Origin: an uncultured Gammaproteobacteria bacterium
GTDB taxonomy: Bacteria > Patescibacteriota > Patescibacteriia > Magasanikbacterales > JBBTXJ01
Length of the DNA: 46,467 nt
Assembly: GCA_964610305.1 (NCBI GenBank)
Contig: CAZSVL010000007.1
Coordinates: forward strand, 7,742-54,208
Direction of reading: 5' to 3'
Shown: positions 1 to 9,328 of the stretch, piece by piece
How positions within the stretch are numbered: the first letter of the stretch is position 1
Layout: the number at the start of each line of letters is the position of its first letter
Notes under the pieces: model-generated
Databases searched by the model: none
Told to the model about the DNA's origin: nothing
Seen by the model: only the letters and a program-made list of their open reading frames with translations
Position numbers and translations under genes: made by a program

Positions 1-2
1 TT

Positions 3-536
3 AGCAATAATTCAGATGTGCCGCTAGGCCTCCTGTTCCAGCCAGGTCACGTTGGGGTATCGCTGGGTGGAGGAAAACATTTTCAGTCAGGAGGTGGTGC
101 AGCTCGCAAGCATGCGTTTGCAGATGGGCAGTGTCCAAATCTGGTGAAAGATGCAAAAGGAACCTCTCTATGTGACTACTGTAGTAAGATACCAGATGAA
201 GCTCCAAGAACGGGCCGCTTTGGTAAAGGCGACGGAGGCTCAGACTTCTGCAAGGGAAATCAAGGATGGGCTATTGGAAACATAAACATAAAGGAAAAAA
301 ATAGTTTTAGAATCGTAATCAGCCCGCCTAGCATTGTGGATATGGAGGCCCCACCCCTTGATAAGTGTGCAAAGCTGCCGAAAAATGCCTTGAACGCAGG
401 AGAGGTTAAGGAAGAGTTTAAATCAGGCAAGATGTCTAAAGTACTCTGCGAAGCCGCAAAGGGCTCTTGGAAAGGAAGTGATGGTTTTGTTGATGGCATC
501 CTCACAGCCGTAGGAACCGTGTTTAGTCGCCGATAA
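3..536 (+). CDS. 3' part of a hypothetical, probably exported, Cys-containing protein (truncated by the window edge)
   Basis: Frame is open from base 3 to the stop at 534-536. It has several Cys and no recognisable family. radA starts 10 nt downstream. Confidence 0.6.
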   Translation, partial: SNNSDVPLGLLFQPGHVGVSLGGGKHFQSGGGAARKHAFADGQCPNLVKDAKGTSLCDYCSKIPDEAPRTGRFGKGDGGSDFCKGNQGWAIGNINIKEKNSFRIVISPPSIVDMEAPPLDKCAKLPKNALNAGEVKEEFKSGKMSKVLCEAAKGSWKGSDGFVDGILTAVGTVFSRR

Positions 537-546
537 ATTCAAGACC

Positions 547-1863
547 ATGAAGCAACCAACATTTAACTGCTCTCACTGCGACACCCAATACCAAAAATGG
601 ACGGGCAGATGTTTGGAATGCGGAAAATGGGGAACCGTGATACAAGCATCAAGTGATGCGCCTGATAAAAAAACACTGAGTCCGCCAGGGCAAACCGTCA
701 AACTCAGTGATAAGAGACAAGTAGCGCCACGCACGCATACAAAAATTGCAGAGCTAGACAGAGTTTTGGGGGGAGGCCTGGTACCAGGGTCTCTTTTGCT
801 TTTGGGTGGAGCGCCAGGCATTGGAAAATCTACCATTGGATTGCAGCTTGCCAGCGCACTGCCATCAGTTTTATATTGCTGTGGAGAAGAATCTGTTGGG
901 CAAATTGGCATGCGCGCTAGCAGGCTAGGATTACAAACAAACAACATTTCTTTTTTGGAATCTACAAAGGTGGAAACCATCTGCGCTACTATCGCGCAGC
1001 AAAAACCAAAACTGGCTATTGTGGATTCCATTCAAACAATTCGCAGTTCAGACGCTACTGGTGAACCAGGAAACACAACGCAAATGCGCGCGTGCACCGC
1101 TCAACTTTTGGCGGCTGCAAAATCCGGAAGCACTGCCATATTAATTGTGGGCCATGTTACAAAAGACGGCTCTGTTGCGGGACCGCGCACTCTGGAGCAC
1201 ATGGTAGATACGGTTTTATATTTAGAGGGGGACAGGTTCCATCAGTATCGCCTCCTGCGAGCCGTAAAAAACAGATTTGGCTCTACGGATGAAGTAGGTA
1301 TGTTTTCTATGAACGAAACTGGCCTGCACCAAGTGAGCAATCCCTCTGCAGCTTTTCTAGAGCAGCGTGGAGATGCCGTGCCTGGCTCCGTCCTCACCTG
1401 CCTCATGGAGGGCACCAGATCGCTTTTGGTTGAAATTCAGGCGCTTGTCACTAAGACGCCGTTTGGCTACCCCACGCGCAAAGCAAGTGGTTTTGATAAC
1501 AATAGATTGCAGATACTGACGGCAATTTTGCAAAAACGTAGCGGCCTCTCACTAGAGAGCTATGATATTCACCTAAACGTTGCCGGCGGAATACGCGCGC
1601 AAGAACCAGCAGCAGATTTGGGCGTCTGCCTTGCTATTGCAAGTGCCTACAAAGACAAAATCCTGCCCGCAGAGCTGGTAGCCTTTGGAGAAGTAGGCCT
1701 TGGTGGAGAGGTGCGCCCTGTGTCTCATACAGAAAAACGCATAAAAGAATGCGAGCAGCTCGGCATGAAAAAAATTATTATCCCCTCTCAAAAAAACTCA
1801 GTAAAGTCCTCTCTCATCATAACTCCTGTAAAAAATCTCCAGGATTTGATTGCAAAAGCCTAA
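547..1863 (+). CDS. radA: DNA repair protein RadA/Sms
   Basis: N-terminal C4 zinc finger (CSHC..CLEC), Walker A GAPGIGKS, KNRFG motif, Lon-like C-terminus (GEVGLGGEVR). Confidence 0.97.
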   Translation: MKQPTFNCSHCDTQYQKWTGRCLECGKWGTVIQASSDAPDKKTLSPPGQTVKLSDKRQVAPRTHTKIAELDRVLGGGLVPGSLLLLGGAPGIGKSTIGLQLASALPSVLYCCGEESVGQIGMRASRLGLQTNNISFLESTKVETICATIAQQKPKLAIVDSIQTIRSSDATGEPGNTTQMRACTAQLLAAAKSGSTAILIVGHVTKDGSVAGPRTLEHMVDTVLYLEGDRFHQYRLLRAVKNRFGSTDEVGMFSMNETGLHQVSNPSAAFLEQRGDAVPGSVLTCLMEGTRSLLVEIQALVTKTPFGYPTRKASGFDNNRLQILTAILQKRSGLSLESYDIHLNVAGGIRAQEPAADLGVCLAIASAYKDKILPAELVAFGEVGLGGEVRPVSHTEKRIKECEQLGMKKIIIPSQKNSVKSSLIITPVKNLQDLIAKA

Positions 1864-1877
1864 GGTTATCCCCATAT

Positions 1878-1906
1878 TTGACAAAAAAATCCAATTGCCG
1901 TATACT
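1878..1906 (+). promoter_or_regulatory. sigma70-type promoter
   Basis: TTGACA(1878-1883)-17 nt-TATACT(1901-1906). Confidence 0.8.
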
Positions 1907-1976
1907 AGTGCGCATTGTCTCTGGCAAGGATGACCAAAGGCAGGGGGTTAACTCACCACAACATGCAAGGGGAAAG

Positions 1977-2330
1977 GTGGGAAAGAAAGAACTGATTGAT
2001 GCACGGATGGTTGACGAGAACAGCGCACTTGGTTTGTACGTAAAGCATAGTTCCAGCGCGGGGCAACTGCGTCCTTACCTTGGCACTGCGGTTAAGATTG
2101 ATCCTACCACAGCCCATTATCTCAAGGGTGATCCGCGCAAGTTGCGGGTAAAGATTACTTTTGAGGATGGTAAGAAGACTGATCTTCTCATCAACATGCT
2201 TGAAAGCCTTGATGCTGCAACACGCGAGCTGCTTCACAACTTTGCCATGAGATCGCGCAGCAAGGATGCCAAGTCCGTGACAAACATCCCAATTCCTCCG
2301 CGGCCCATGGCCGCTGGCGCACGTCCGTAA
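1977..2330 (+). CDS. hypothetical protein (~117 aa), probable distant paralogue of 2434-2745
   Basis: The ORF-track start at 1749 overlaps radA and lies upstream of the promoter. GTG 1977 follows AAGGGG (alternative ATG 2007). It has its own promoter and terminator. Confidence 0.7.
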   Translation: MGKKELIDARMVDENSALGLYVKHSSSAGQLRPYLGTAVKIDPTTAHYLKGDPRKLRVKITFEDGKKTDLLINMLESLDAATRELLHNFAMRSRSKDAKSVTNIPIPPRPMAAGARP

Positions 2331-2335
2331 TACAC

Positions 2336-2366
2336 GCCGTCTCAATTTTCTTGAGACGGCTTTTTT
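2336..2366 (+). terminator. intrinsic terminator
   Basis: GCCGTCTCAA-ttttc-TTGAGACGGC followed by TTTTTT. Confidence 0.85.
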
Positions 2367-2371
2367 AATGC

Positions 2372-2400
2372 TTGACAACTCTTAAATGCCATTGTATACT
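2372..2400 (+). promoter_or_regulatory. sigma70-type promoter
   Basis: TTGACA(2372-2377)-17 nt-TATACT(2395-2400). Confidence 0.8.
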
Positions 2401-2433
2401 ACTGCTGCTCTATTTCACCAAAAGGGGTAAGAC

Positions 2434-2745
2434 ATGGGATTTCCGGCTGTCATTGTAGATAAGTCGCGTATCAGCGGTGTTTCTGTAACACCGACCACGC
2501 AAAAATTATTTGGTGCAAAAGTGAGTGTAAAAGGCGATTCTGCTCGTATGCCTTACAGCGCAGACGATCACAATGTTCGCGTTGATGTACGCGTTGAAAG
2601 CGGTCCTTTGCAGGGACGCACTTTCCCCCTCCCCATTGACATGCTTACCATGGCCGACCATCATCGCGCCGAAATATTGCGCGGAGCCCTTGGCAACGTC
2701 ATGGAAGAAGTGCAGCATGATCACTGTGGTTCACACAGAATTTAG
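2434..2745 (+). CDS. hypothetical protein (103 aa)
   Basis: AAGGGG upstream of ATG, own promoter, downstream terminator. Confidence 0.75.
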   Translation: MGFPAVIVDKSRISGVSVTPTTQKLFGAKVSVKGDSARMPYSADDHNVRVDVRVESGPLQGRTFPLPIDMLTMADHHRAEILRGALGNVMEEVQHDHCGSHRI

Positions 2746-2777
2746 GTTTGCTCCTGCCCACCTAGGGGCAATCCTTC

Positions 2778-2810
2778 CCGCTTTGTTTCCTCGGAGACAA
2801 AGCGGTTTTA
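2778..2810. terminator. hairpin terminator between convergent genes
   Basis: CCGCTTTGTTTCC/GGAGACAAAGCGG then TTTT. Confidence 0.7.
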
Positions 2811-4835
2811 TTATTCCAAATGAATTTTCTCTCTCCACGCATTAAAATACTCCGCCATCTCCGGCCACCTTTCCATGGTAGCGTCGTGCTCAAAAACCCA
2901 TTTAGCCGTTTGCTGTGCTGTCTTAATCAGCGCACTGTCATGCAAGTTGGCCAGTTTCAAATGCATCATGCCAGACTGCGCCTTTCCGTATACTTCTCCC
3001 GGACCTCGCATCTGCAGATCATGCTCTGCCAATTTAAATCCGCTATTTTCTTTTTCAAAATACTTAAGTCGCTCCATGGTTTTCTCAGAAACACTCTCTG
3101 AAAAAACCAAACAAAAAGACTGATGATCAGCACGTCCCACACGTCCTCTAAATTGATGAAGCTGCGCCAAGCCAAATCTATCCGCTCCTTCTATCCACAT
3201 GACGCTTGCATTTGGTACATCTACTCCCACCTCTATGACAGAAGTGGAAACGAGTATGTCTGTTTTGCCCGAAACAAAATTATCCATTACCTCTTTCTTA
3301 TCTGTGCTTTTCATGCGACCATGCAGCAACCCAATACGGTAGTCTTTAAAAACACCGGACAACTGCTCAAAAAGCTGCTTTGCACTTTTAGCACCCACCT
3401 TATCTGACTGCTCAATCAGAGGCGCAATAGCAAAAACTTGTCTGCCCATTTTTATTTGATCTGAAACAAAATTATACGCCTTCTCTCTATGCCTAGCTTC
3501 AACTATTCTTGTTTTAATTGGCTTTCTACCAGGAGGAAGATCAGGAATTATTGACAGATCCAAATCTCCAAATGCGGCCAAAGCAAAAGATCTGGGAATA
3601 GGCGTGGCGGTCATAGAAAGAAAATGGGGAACCAAACTAGCAATGCCGCTTTTTTCTTTTAGGAGCCTACGCTGCTCCACGCCAAAACGATGCTGTTCAT
3701 CTACCACAATCAGACCCACTTTACTAAACGTTACTTTACTCTGAAGCAGTGCGTGTGTGCCTATAATTATTTGCGCGTCATTTGGCTTACTTTTGCCATC
3801 GCTATGAAGCTTGCTAGTACGCGTAATAACGCCAATACTTGTCTGCTTAGATAAAAGCGTACACAGGGTGGAAAAATGCTGATTTGCTAACACTTCTGTA
3901 GGAGCCAAAACCACAACTTGCAACCCTGCAGACACAGCATTAAGTGCCGCAATAGCACACACCACGGTTTTTCCCGATCCCACATCACCCTCTAGCATTC
4001 TATTCATGGGCTGATCCTTCTGACAGTCCAGCAGTATACTCCACGCTGCCTTTTTCTGACTATCGGTTAGAGTAAAGGGCAGTGACTGTACAAATTTTTT
4101 TATCTTGAGCTCATCAAAAGGGATGGGCAATGCTGTTTGCATGCTATTGGTAGCGCGATTAAATTGGCCCAAAAGCTGCACCAAAAAAAGCTCATCAAAC
4201 TTTAGTCTTTTCTGCGCCAGATCAAGCGTAATGGAAGAATCGGGAAAATGATACTGCCCCAGCGCCTCCTTAAGTGATTGCACCCCCGCCTTTTCTTTTA
4301 TTTCTACCGGAAGCCACTCGGGAATATCTATTTCTTCCAAAACCTGGGCAGCAAGAAACCGAAGCTGCTTTTGTGTAACGCCGGAAGTAAGCGGATACAT
4401 AGGTATAATGCGAGCCGTGTTCCGATTATCGCGCGGGCGCTCCCACGCCGGTGAAGACATGTGCAAACCAAACCTATCTTCTTTAACAGCACCGCTGAGA
4501 ACCACCTGCTCGCCAGCCTTGAGCGTCTTTGCAATAAATGGCTGATTAAACCAAACGGCTCGTGCTGATCCTGTTTCATCTTCTATTACCGCCTCTGTCA
4601 TCATCATGCGCTTACGCGGGGTGCGACGCGCGGCGATGTGCCTAATCACGCCTTTTACCGTTGTCTGAGTACCGCTACGAAGCGCTCCAATAGCCGTAAC
4701 ATCTCGCCAGTCTTCATGCCTAAAAGGCAGGTGCCACAAAAGATCTCCGGCAGTTTCAATACCCAATTTGGCCAATTTTTTCTCAAGTTTGTCCCCCACC
4801 TTTTTAAGCTCACGGACAGGCGTATCTAATATCAT
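2811..4835 (-). CDS. recG: ATP-dependent DNA helicase RecG
   Basis: OB wedge domain, GDVGSGKT, DEQH, MTATPIPR, QFRGRVGR, DLQMRGPGE motifs. Confidence 0.97.
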   Translation of the reverse strand: MILDTPVRELKKVGDKLEKKLAKLGIETAGDLLWHLPFRHEDWRDVTAIGALRSGTQTTVKGVIRHIAARRTPRKRMMMTEAVIEDETGSARAVWFNQPFIAKTLKAGEQVVLSGAVKEDRFGLHMSSPAWERPRDNRNTARIIPMYPLTSGVTQKQLRFLAAQVLEEIDIPEWLPVEIKEKAGVQSLKEALGQYHFPDSSITLDLAQKRLKFDELFLVQLLGQFNRATNSMQTALPIPFDELKIKKFVQSLPFTLTDSQKKAAWSILLDCQKDQPMNRMLEGDVGSGKTVVCAIAALNAVSAGLQVVVLAPTEVLANQHFSTLCTLLSKQTSIGVITRTSKLHSDGKSKPNDAQIIIGTHALLQSKVTFSKVGLIVVDEQHRFGVEQRRLLKEKSGIASLVPHFLSMTATPIPRSFALAAFGDLDLSIIPDLPPGRKPIKTRIVEARHREKAYNFVSDQIKMGRQVFAIAPLIEQSDKVGAKSAKQLFEQLSGVFKDYRIGLLHGRMKSTDKKEVMDNFVSGKTDILVSTSVIEVGVDVPNASVMWIEGADRFGLAQLHQFRGRVGRADHQSFCLVFSESVSEKTMERLKYFEKENSGFKLAEHDLQMRGPGEVYGKAQSGMMHLKLANLHDSALIKTAQQTAKWVFEHDATMERWPEMAEYFNAWREKIHLE

Positions 4836-4884
4836 GGCTCTACCGTATCAAAAAAACAAAAAAGCCTCCACTGGGAGGCGCATT

Positions 4885-7659
4885 TTAATCTTCTAGTGAC
4901 GCAAAAAGCTCTTCAATTGAAAGCCGTCTACCCGTCTCTGGGTCAATGGCTCCACTGAGATCTGATTTCCGCAAAAGATTCCTTCTATGCCTGTCTCTTT
5001 CTTTTGGTTTCACATCTAGAGAATTGAGAATCCATTCTACCGTACTCTCAAGATCTTCGGGCAAGTATGACTTGCTACTGCAAAACATAAGCGCTGAGGC
5101 TGTCATCAACGCTTTTTGGTGTGCCGTGGCAGAATCAGGAATGAAATCATTGATTGCCCAAAGCAGCGATGCTTGGTCAAGCACAGCCGTGTTTGTCCTG
5201 CGTGCATGCCGCGCGGCGTGACGCACAATAACTTCAATGTCGGCACCCGTTAGTCCATGCGTAGAGGCGGCGCATCGGGAGTAATCAATGTCGCTGTCCT
5301 CTGCCACGGCAAAGCCATGCCGCCGGATCATCATGTCAAACAGCTGAGCCCGCACTCTATCGTCTGGGAGCAATACAGGCAAACGCTCATCACATCTACC
5401 AGATCGCACCAAAGCAGCATCAAGCAAATCCGGACGGTTGGTAATCTGCACCACAAAAATGCGTCCACGAATAGCAGGATCAGAGAGAAACTGCATTTCT
5501 TTTTGCATCTTGCGCTCAGTTACACCAGAATCCCCATGTTGCTGACCACGCTGTGCTCCACCACCCTGATCAACCTCATCTTTAATCCAAATGCATGGCG
5601 CCAGATCAAACAGCGCCTCGTACGCCATCTCGTCTTTGCGTTCAGTTTCCCCCACCAGCGGATCTCTTGTGTTACGAGACTTCAGGCATAAAATCCCCGT
5701 CTCTTTTGCAAGCGCCATAGCGGCCATAGTTTTGCCGGTTCCAGGTGGTCCGGTTACCAAGCAGCCCATGGGCACAAAGTGGTGATTGCCGGCCTGCATA
5801 TCAAAAGCAACTTCTCTAAAGAGCTCGTGCATGTGCTCATTTCCGCAGATCTGATCAAAGCCAAACACTGGATTAATCACTTCAAACAGATGCCCGTACG
5901 ATTGCTCCAAAAGTTGCTGCCTGTGTTGCAACAAAGCAACCCTATCCACAGCTGAGCCACGAGCTCGTGTGTCGCGCAAGAGGTTAACAATATCTCGGTA
6001 GCCAAACCCCTGCACAATACGCGCAAGCTCGGGCGCTCCCATTTTTGGAATGGCAAAGTAACCCAATGGCCCACTTGCGGCCATGGCTACTTCAATACGC
6101 TGCAAAGCAGATCTGAGCATTCTGATTTTTGCACTATCCGGATTAGCTATCTGCTGCTCATGATAAGCGATTCTCTGCCGAATCTCAGCAGCTTTAGATG
6201 TCCAGCTATCAAGAGCTTTATCAGCTTGCTCCGAGAGCATCCTCCTCATATCTACCAGATGCTTTTGCTCTGCAGTACTGCTCGTATGCGGATTGCCAAT
6301 AGAGCTAAGCAATCCATCTACCTCCAACAGCCTCTGCTGCGCCTGCGCTATCTCAAAGGGTGTACACCAGAGCAATCCGTCCGGTTGGTACGCGACACTC
6401 TTCTCTCCACCGCGCTTCTCCTGTGAATAGATAATCCCATCGCTAAAGCTAAACAACCTATTACACCCATCTCCCACCTGCGCAAGAGTTGGTGCATTGG
6501 GAAGAGAAAGTTCAACTAAACCGCGCCACCTTTTGCGAAATACCCTAAAGGTGCTACTGCGCACGTCTCCCTTTTCAGAAAAACAGATAGTGTCATTTGC
6601 TCTGAGCCGACGCCACTGTTTTGCGCTTGTTAGAGAAGCAAAAGGGTGAGAGGTTCCGTGCTCCAGAATGTTTCTTAGGGTCTCTCGTTCTCTCTCAAGC
6701 TGAATCCGTTCTTTTTCAGCATTGTGTGTCTGAGCCTGAATTTGATCATTAACCATTCCCTCTTGGATGGTTACCGCTTCTCTAAGTGCCCGAACCCCCG
6801 GGTCATGCTCAAGAAAGGTTTCTTTATCAATCTTTAAGTGTCGCTCTAGCTCTGCGTTCTCATCCTCTAGCCGCGCCCTACTCCAAACGCGCGCAACCTC
6901 TTTCTCACTTTCAAAGACCGCCTCAGCTGCAGCCCTATCTTTACTCAAATCTGTAGGCGTTCCTCTACACATGTACTCAAGAAATTTCTGCCGCTCATCC
7001 ACCGATGGCTTATTAACACGAATGCAAAAGACGGGAGAATCTGGTCGTGCCAAGCGCTCATTGACTACCGAGGCCGATGGAGCGCTCATCAAAAGCATAT
7101 GACCAGCTCTGGCAAAATCTTGCATGCTAGCAAGTTGAAGCGCAAACAGAGCAATAGTAATCTCTAGCTTATCTCTTTGACTCTGACTACTGCAGACACT
7201 ATCAACATCTGGCATTACGCCAATAATGGGTCTTTGCTGCCGCGCTGCCTCTTGATAAGCGCGCATGATAAGATCAAATGCCAAATCAAGTCTGGCAGGA
7301 AGCTCTGCAGGTTTTTCATTAAGCGTACCGCGCGCAGTGGCAAATGGATCACCGCTGGTATCTTCTTCTGGCTCTTCTATCAGAGACCTAAACACACCTT
7401 CATCAAATGCTCTTGGAAACTGAAATCCTCTTGCTAAATCGTACTGCCACAACAGTCGTCCGCTCTCACTGAGCGTATGTGCTACTACTGTTTCCCAGCG
7501 ATCCAGCATATCAACCGTTCTTTTGTGTCCAGCCTTTTTGTCAAAAGCTGCTACATCAGAAAGATCAAATCGTGGAAATCCATCCCCCACATTTCCGGTA
7601 AACAAAAAAACGCGGTGCCCTGCCCTCATCGCCTGATCAAACTTTTTTAACCAATGCAT
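4885..7659 (-). CDS. Ycf46-like AAA+ ATPase: degenerate N-terminal AAA module, long coiled-coil insertion, intact C-terminal AAA module
   Basis: Walker A GPPGTGKT, Walker B CIWIKDEVD, SRH TNRPDLLDAALVRSGRCD. N-terminal FLFTGNVGD is a degenerate P-loop. SD AGGAGG. Confidence 0.85.
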   Translation of the reverse strand: MHWLKKFDQAMRAGHRVFLFTGNVGDGFPRFDLSDVAAFDKKAGHKRTVDMLDRWETVVAHTLSESGRLLWQYDLARGFQFPRAFDEGVFRSLIEEPEEDTSGDPFATARGTLNEKPAELPARLDLAFDLIMRAYQEAARQQRPIIGVMPDVDSVCSSQSQRDKLEITIALFALQLASMQDFARAGHMLLMSAPSASVVNERLARPDSPVFCIRVNKPSVDERQKFLEYMCRGTPTDLSKDRAAAEAVFESEKEVARVWSRARLEDENAELERHLKIDKETFLEHDPGVRALREAVTIQEGMVNDQIQAQTHNAEKERIQLERERETLRNILEHGTSHPFASLTSAKQWRRLRANDTICFSEKGDVRSSTFRVFRKRWRGLVELSLPNAPTLAQVGDGCNRLFSFSDGIIYSQEKRGGEKSVAYQPDGLLWCTPFEIAQAQQRLLEVDGLLSSIGNPHTSSTAEQKHLVDMRRMLSEQADKALDSWTSKAAEIRQRIAYHEQQIANPDSAKIRMLRSALQRIEVAMAASGPLGYFAIPKMGAPELARIVQGFGYRDIVNLLRDTRARGSAVDRVALLQHRQQLLEQSYGHLFEVINPVFGFDQICGNEHMHELFREVAFDMQAGNHHFVPMGCLVTGPPGTGKTMAAMALAKETGILCLKSRNTRDPLVGETERKDEMAYEALFDLAPCIWIKDEVDQGGGAQRGQQHGDSGVTERKMQKEMQFLSDPAIRGRIFVVQITNRPDLLDAALVRSGRCDERLPVLLPDDRVRAQLFDMMIRRHGFAVAEDSDIDYSRCAASTHGLTGADIEVIVRHAARHARRTNTAVLDQASLLWAINDFIPDSATAHQKALMTASALMFCSSKSYLPEDLESTVEWILNSLDVKPKERDRHRRNLLRKSDLSGAIDPETGRRLSIEELFASLED

Positions 7660-7688
7660 TGCCCCTCCTGGCTATTTTTTTGTAAAGA

Positions 7689-7743
7689 GCTTTTCACTAA
7701 AGACCGGTGATCTTCAGTGAAAAGCGGGCAACACGTGTTGCCC
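7689..7743. repeat. two tandem intergenic hairpins inside the operon
   Basis: GCTTTTCACTAAAGA/TCTTCAGTGAAAAGC (7689-7725) and the perfect palindrome GGGCAACACGTGTTGCCC (7726-7743). Confidence 0.7.
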
Positions 7744-7747
7744 TTTG

Positions 7748-8362
7748 CTACGCTGCGCTCAGAAGCTCTATAATTGCTTTAAGTTCGGTGTAATCAGTGA
7801 CACCGGTAATGGTGAGGTGTCCGTCCTCACTTAATGTTACCTGCACTCGTCCGTCAGCTAACTGCTCGGCCGAGTATTTGTCAGTGAACAGATGAATACG
7901 CTGATTGGACGAACCGCGAAGAGGCTGATTTTCGGCATCAAGCTGATCAAATGGCCCATCAATGAGCACATCTAGCTGAGCTAAAAACGCCTTGCTACCC
8001 TCTGGAGCGTCATCGCTCTGCAAATGATCAAGGGTATAGCCGCTCCAGCTCAGTGTTGACAGACCCATTAATCTGCAAAAGCGCGCCAATGGGGCTAGAG
8101 CTTTTGCCTGATCAAAAGGCTCACCGCCGGAGAAACTCACTCCTTCAATACCATGGTCTTGCTTGGCTCGCTCAATTTCTCTAAAGAGTGAAATAACGCC
8201 GCGCTCGGTGGCGGGTTTATCCGGAATTAACTCCGGCGTAGAGCACCCAACACACTTTATACTGCAGCCACGAACCCACAGACAGGCACGTTTGCCTGGG
8301 CCCATAGCTGTTGTGCACGGCTCAAAGACGCCTACATTTACCCTATACCTCCGATAGCTCAT
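7748..8362 (-). CDS. NrdG-like radical SAM (4Fe-4S single cluster) activase-family protein
   Basis: GPGKR..WVRGC, CxxxCxxC (CSIKCVGC), SGGEPF, DVLIDGPF, LRGSSNQR. No nrdD in the window. Confidence 0.9.
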   Translation of the reverse strand: MSYRRYRVNVGVFEPCTTAMGPGKRACLWVRGCSIKCVGCSTPELIPDKPATERGVISLFREIERAKQDHGIEGVSFSGGEPFDQAKALAPLARFCRLMGLSTLSWSGYTLDHLQSDDAPEGSKAFLAQLDVLIDGPFDQLDAENQPLRGSSNQRIHLFTDKYSAEQLADGRVQVTLSEDGHLTITGVTDYTELKAIIELLSAA

Positions 8363-8568
8363 GCCTTCTGCTTTACAGAAGTATGGTGCTTGTGCTCCTG
8401 TGGAGGCAATCTTGGGTCTAGATCTTTCTCATCTTCTGAACTCACACCAAAACATTCAAGCAAAGCGTTAAACAAATCATCTCGCTCGCTGCACTGCTCG
8501 CCAACAGGCAAGGACAGATCAATGCGCGTCTGACCATTTGGCTTCATGGTGGCTCTTAGCTTTGCCAC
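8359..8568 (-). CDS. small DUF2997-like protein
   Basis: 69 aa; the MKPNGQTRIDL..GEQC pattern resembles DUF2997. Overlaps both neighbours. Confidence 0.65.
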   Translation of the reverse strand: MAKLRATMKPNGQTRIDLSLPVGEQCSERDDLFNALLECFGVSSEDEKDLDPRLPPQEHKHHTSVKQKA

Positions 8569-9161
8569 TACGCGATCACCTTTTGCTTGTCTGTAATTTC
8601 CGTTTCCATGATGAGCGTGCCGTCTTCCTGCCTTGCAGTCTTAACATCTGAATCTCCAACTATCTTGAGCGCCCCTTCAATTGATTGCTCGGTATAGGCT
8701 TTATTGATGGCATTTTTCATGAAACGGATAACACCCGCCTCTGTTCCACGCGTATCGCTGATCTCTCGACAACGAAGATTCTCGCCATGCTGATAGATAC
8801 CAACTTGACTGTCGCCACGCTTTAAAACACCCAGACACTTTGATCCCGGAAAATTTAGAGCGGCGCTCTTATAAGCCCTGTCAATCTGCTGTTGCTCTTC
8901 CTTATCTGTTCCACGCGCAACAGGCCTATGAAACTCCTGCTCAACCTTAAACGTGTCAGTCTTATGCTGAGCATTAAGTTTTTCTGCTGCCTTATGCAGT
9001 GCCTCTTTTGCCACATGTCCACGCAAAGCCGCCCAATCCATCTTAGCAAGCTTTTTGGCAAGCTCTGGCCTTACTTTTGCTACTTTTTCAATGACCTTAG
9101 AAATATCTTGCGTGCCCCTAAAAAGATTGCTAAATCTGGCTGAAACATAATGTCTAGACAC
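8568..9161 (-). CDS. DUF1257/Ycf35-like protein
   Basis: MS(R)H start and a C-terminal VGIYQ...INKAY...LKIVG...EDGTLIM pattern typical of DUF1257. SD GGAGG before GTG. Confidence 0.6.
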   Translation of the reverse strand: MSRHYVSARFSNLFRGTQDISKVIEKVAKVRPELAKKLAKMDWAALRGHVAKEALHKAAEKLNAQHKTDTFKVEQEFHRPVARGTDKEEQQQIDRAYKSAALNFPGSKCLGVLKRGDSQVGIYQHGENLRCREISDTRGTEAGVIRFMKNAINKAYTEQSIEGALKIVGDSDVKTARQEDGTLIMETEITDKQKVIA

Positions 9162-9248
9162 AGCTTCTCCTCCCTTTTTACACCTATATCTACTTTACAC
9201 GCTACAGAATAAAAGTCAACAAAAAAGAGCGTGATGCTCTTTTCTTTG

Positions 9249-9320
9249 TGTCCCCAGTAGGAGTCGAACCTACATCGCAGGCTCCGCAAGCCTGTATTCT
9301 ATCCATTGAACTATGGGGAC
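9249..9320 (-). tRNA. tRNA-Arg(GCG)
   Basis: GTCCCCA/TGGGGAC acceptor stem, anticodon arm CAGGC-TTGCGGA-GCCTG, T loop GGTTCGACTCC. No encoded CCA. Confidence 0.93.
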
Positions 9321-9328
9321 ACTCGAAA

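Noticed and set aside
7748-8362. nrdG gene symbol
   Set aside because: No nrdD nearby, and the gene sits in a DUF1257/DUF2997/AAA operon.
8907-8922. parS-like sequence TGTTCCACGCGCAACA
   Set aside because: Two mismatches to the palindromic consensus and located inside a coding region.
4840-9250. AAA operon as a tRNA-Arg-integrated island
   Set aside because: No integrase and no duplicated tRNA 3' end at the recG side.
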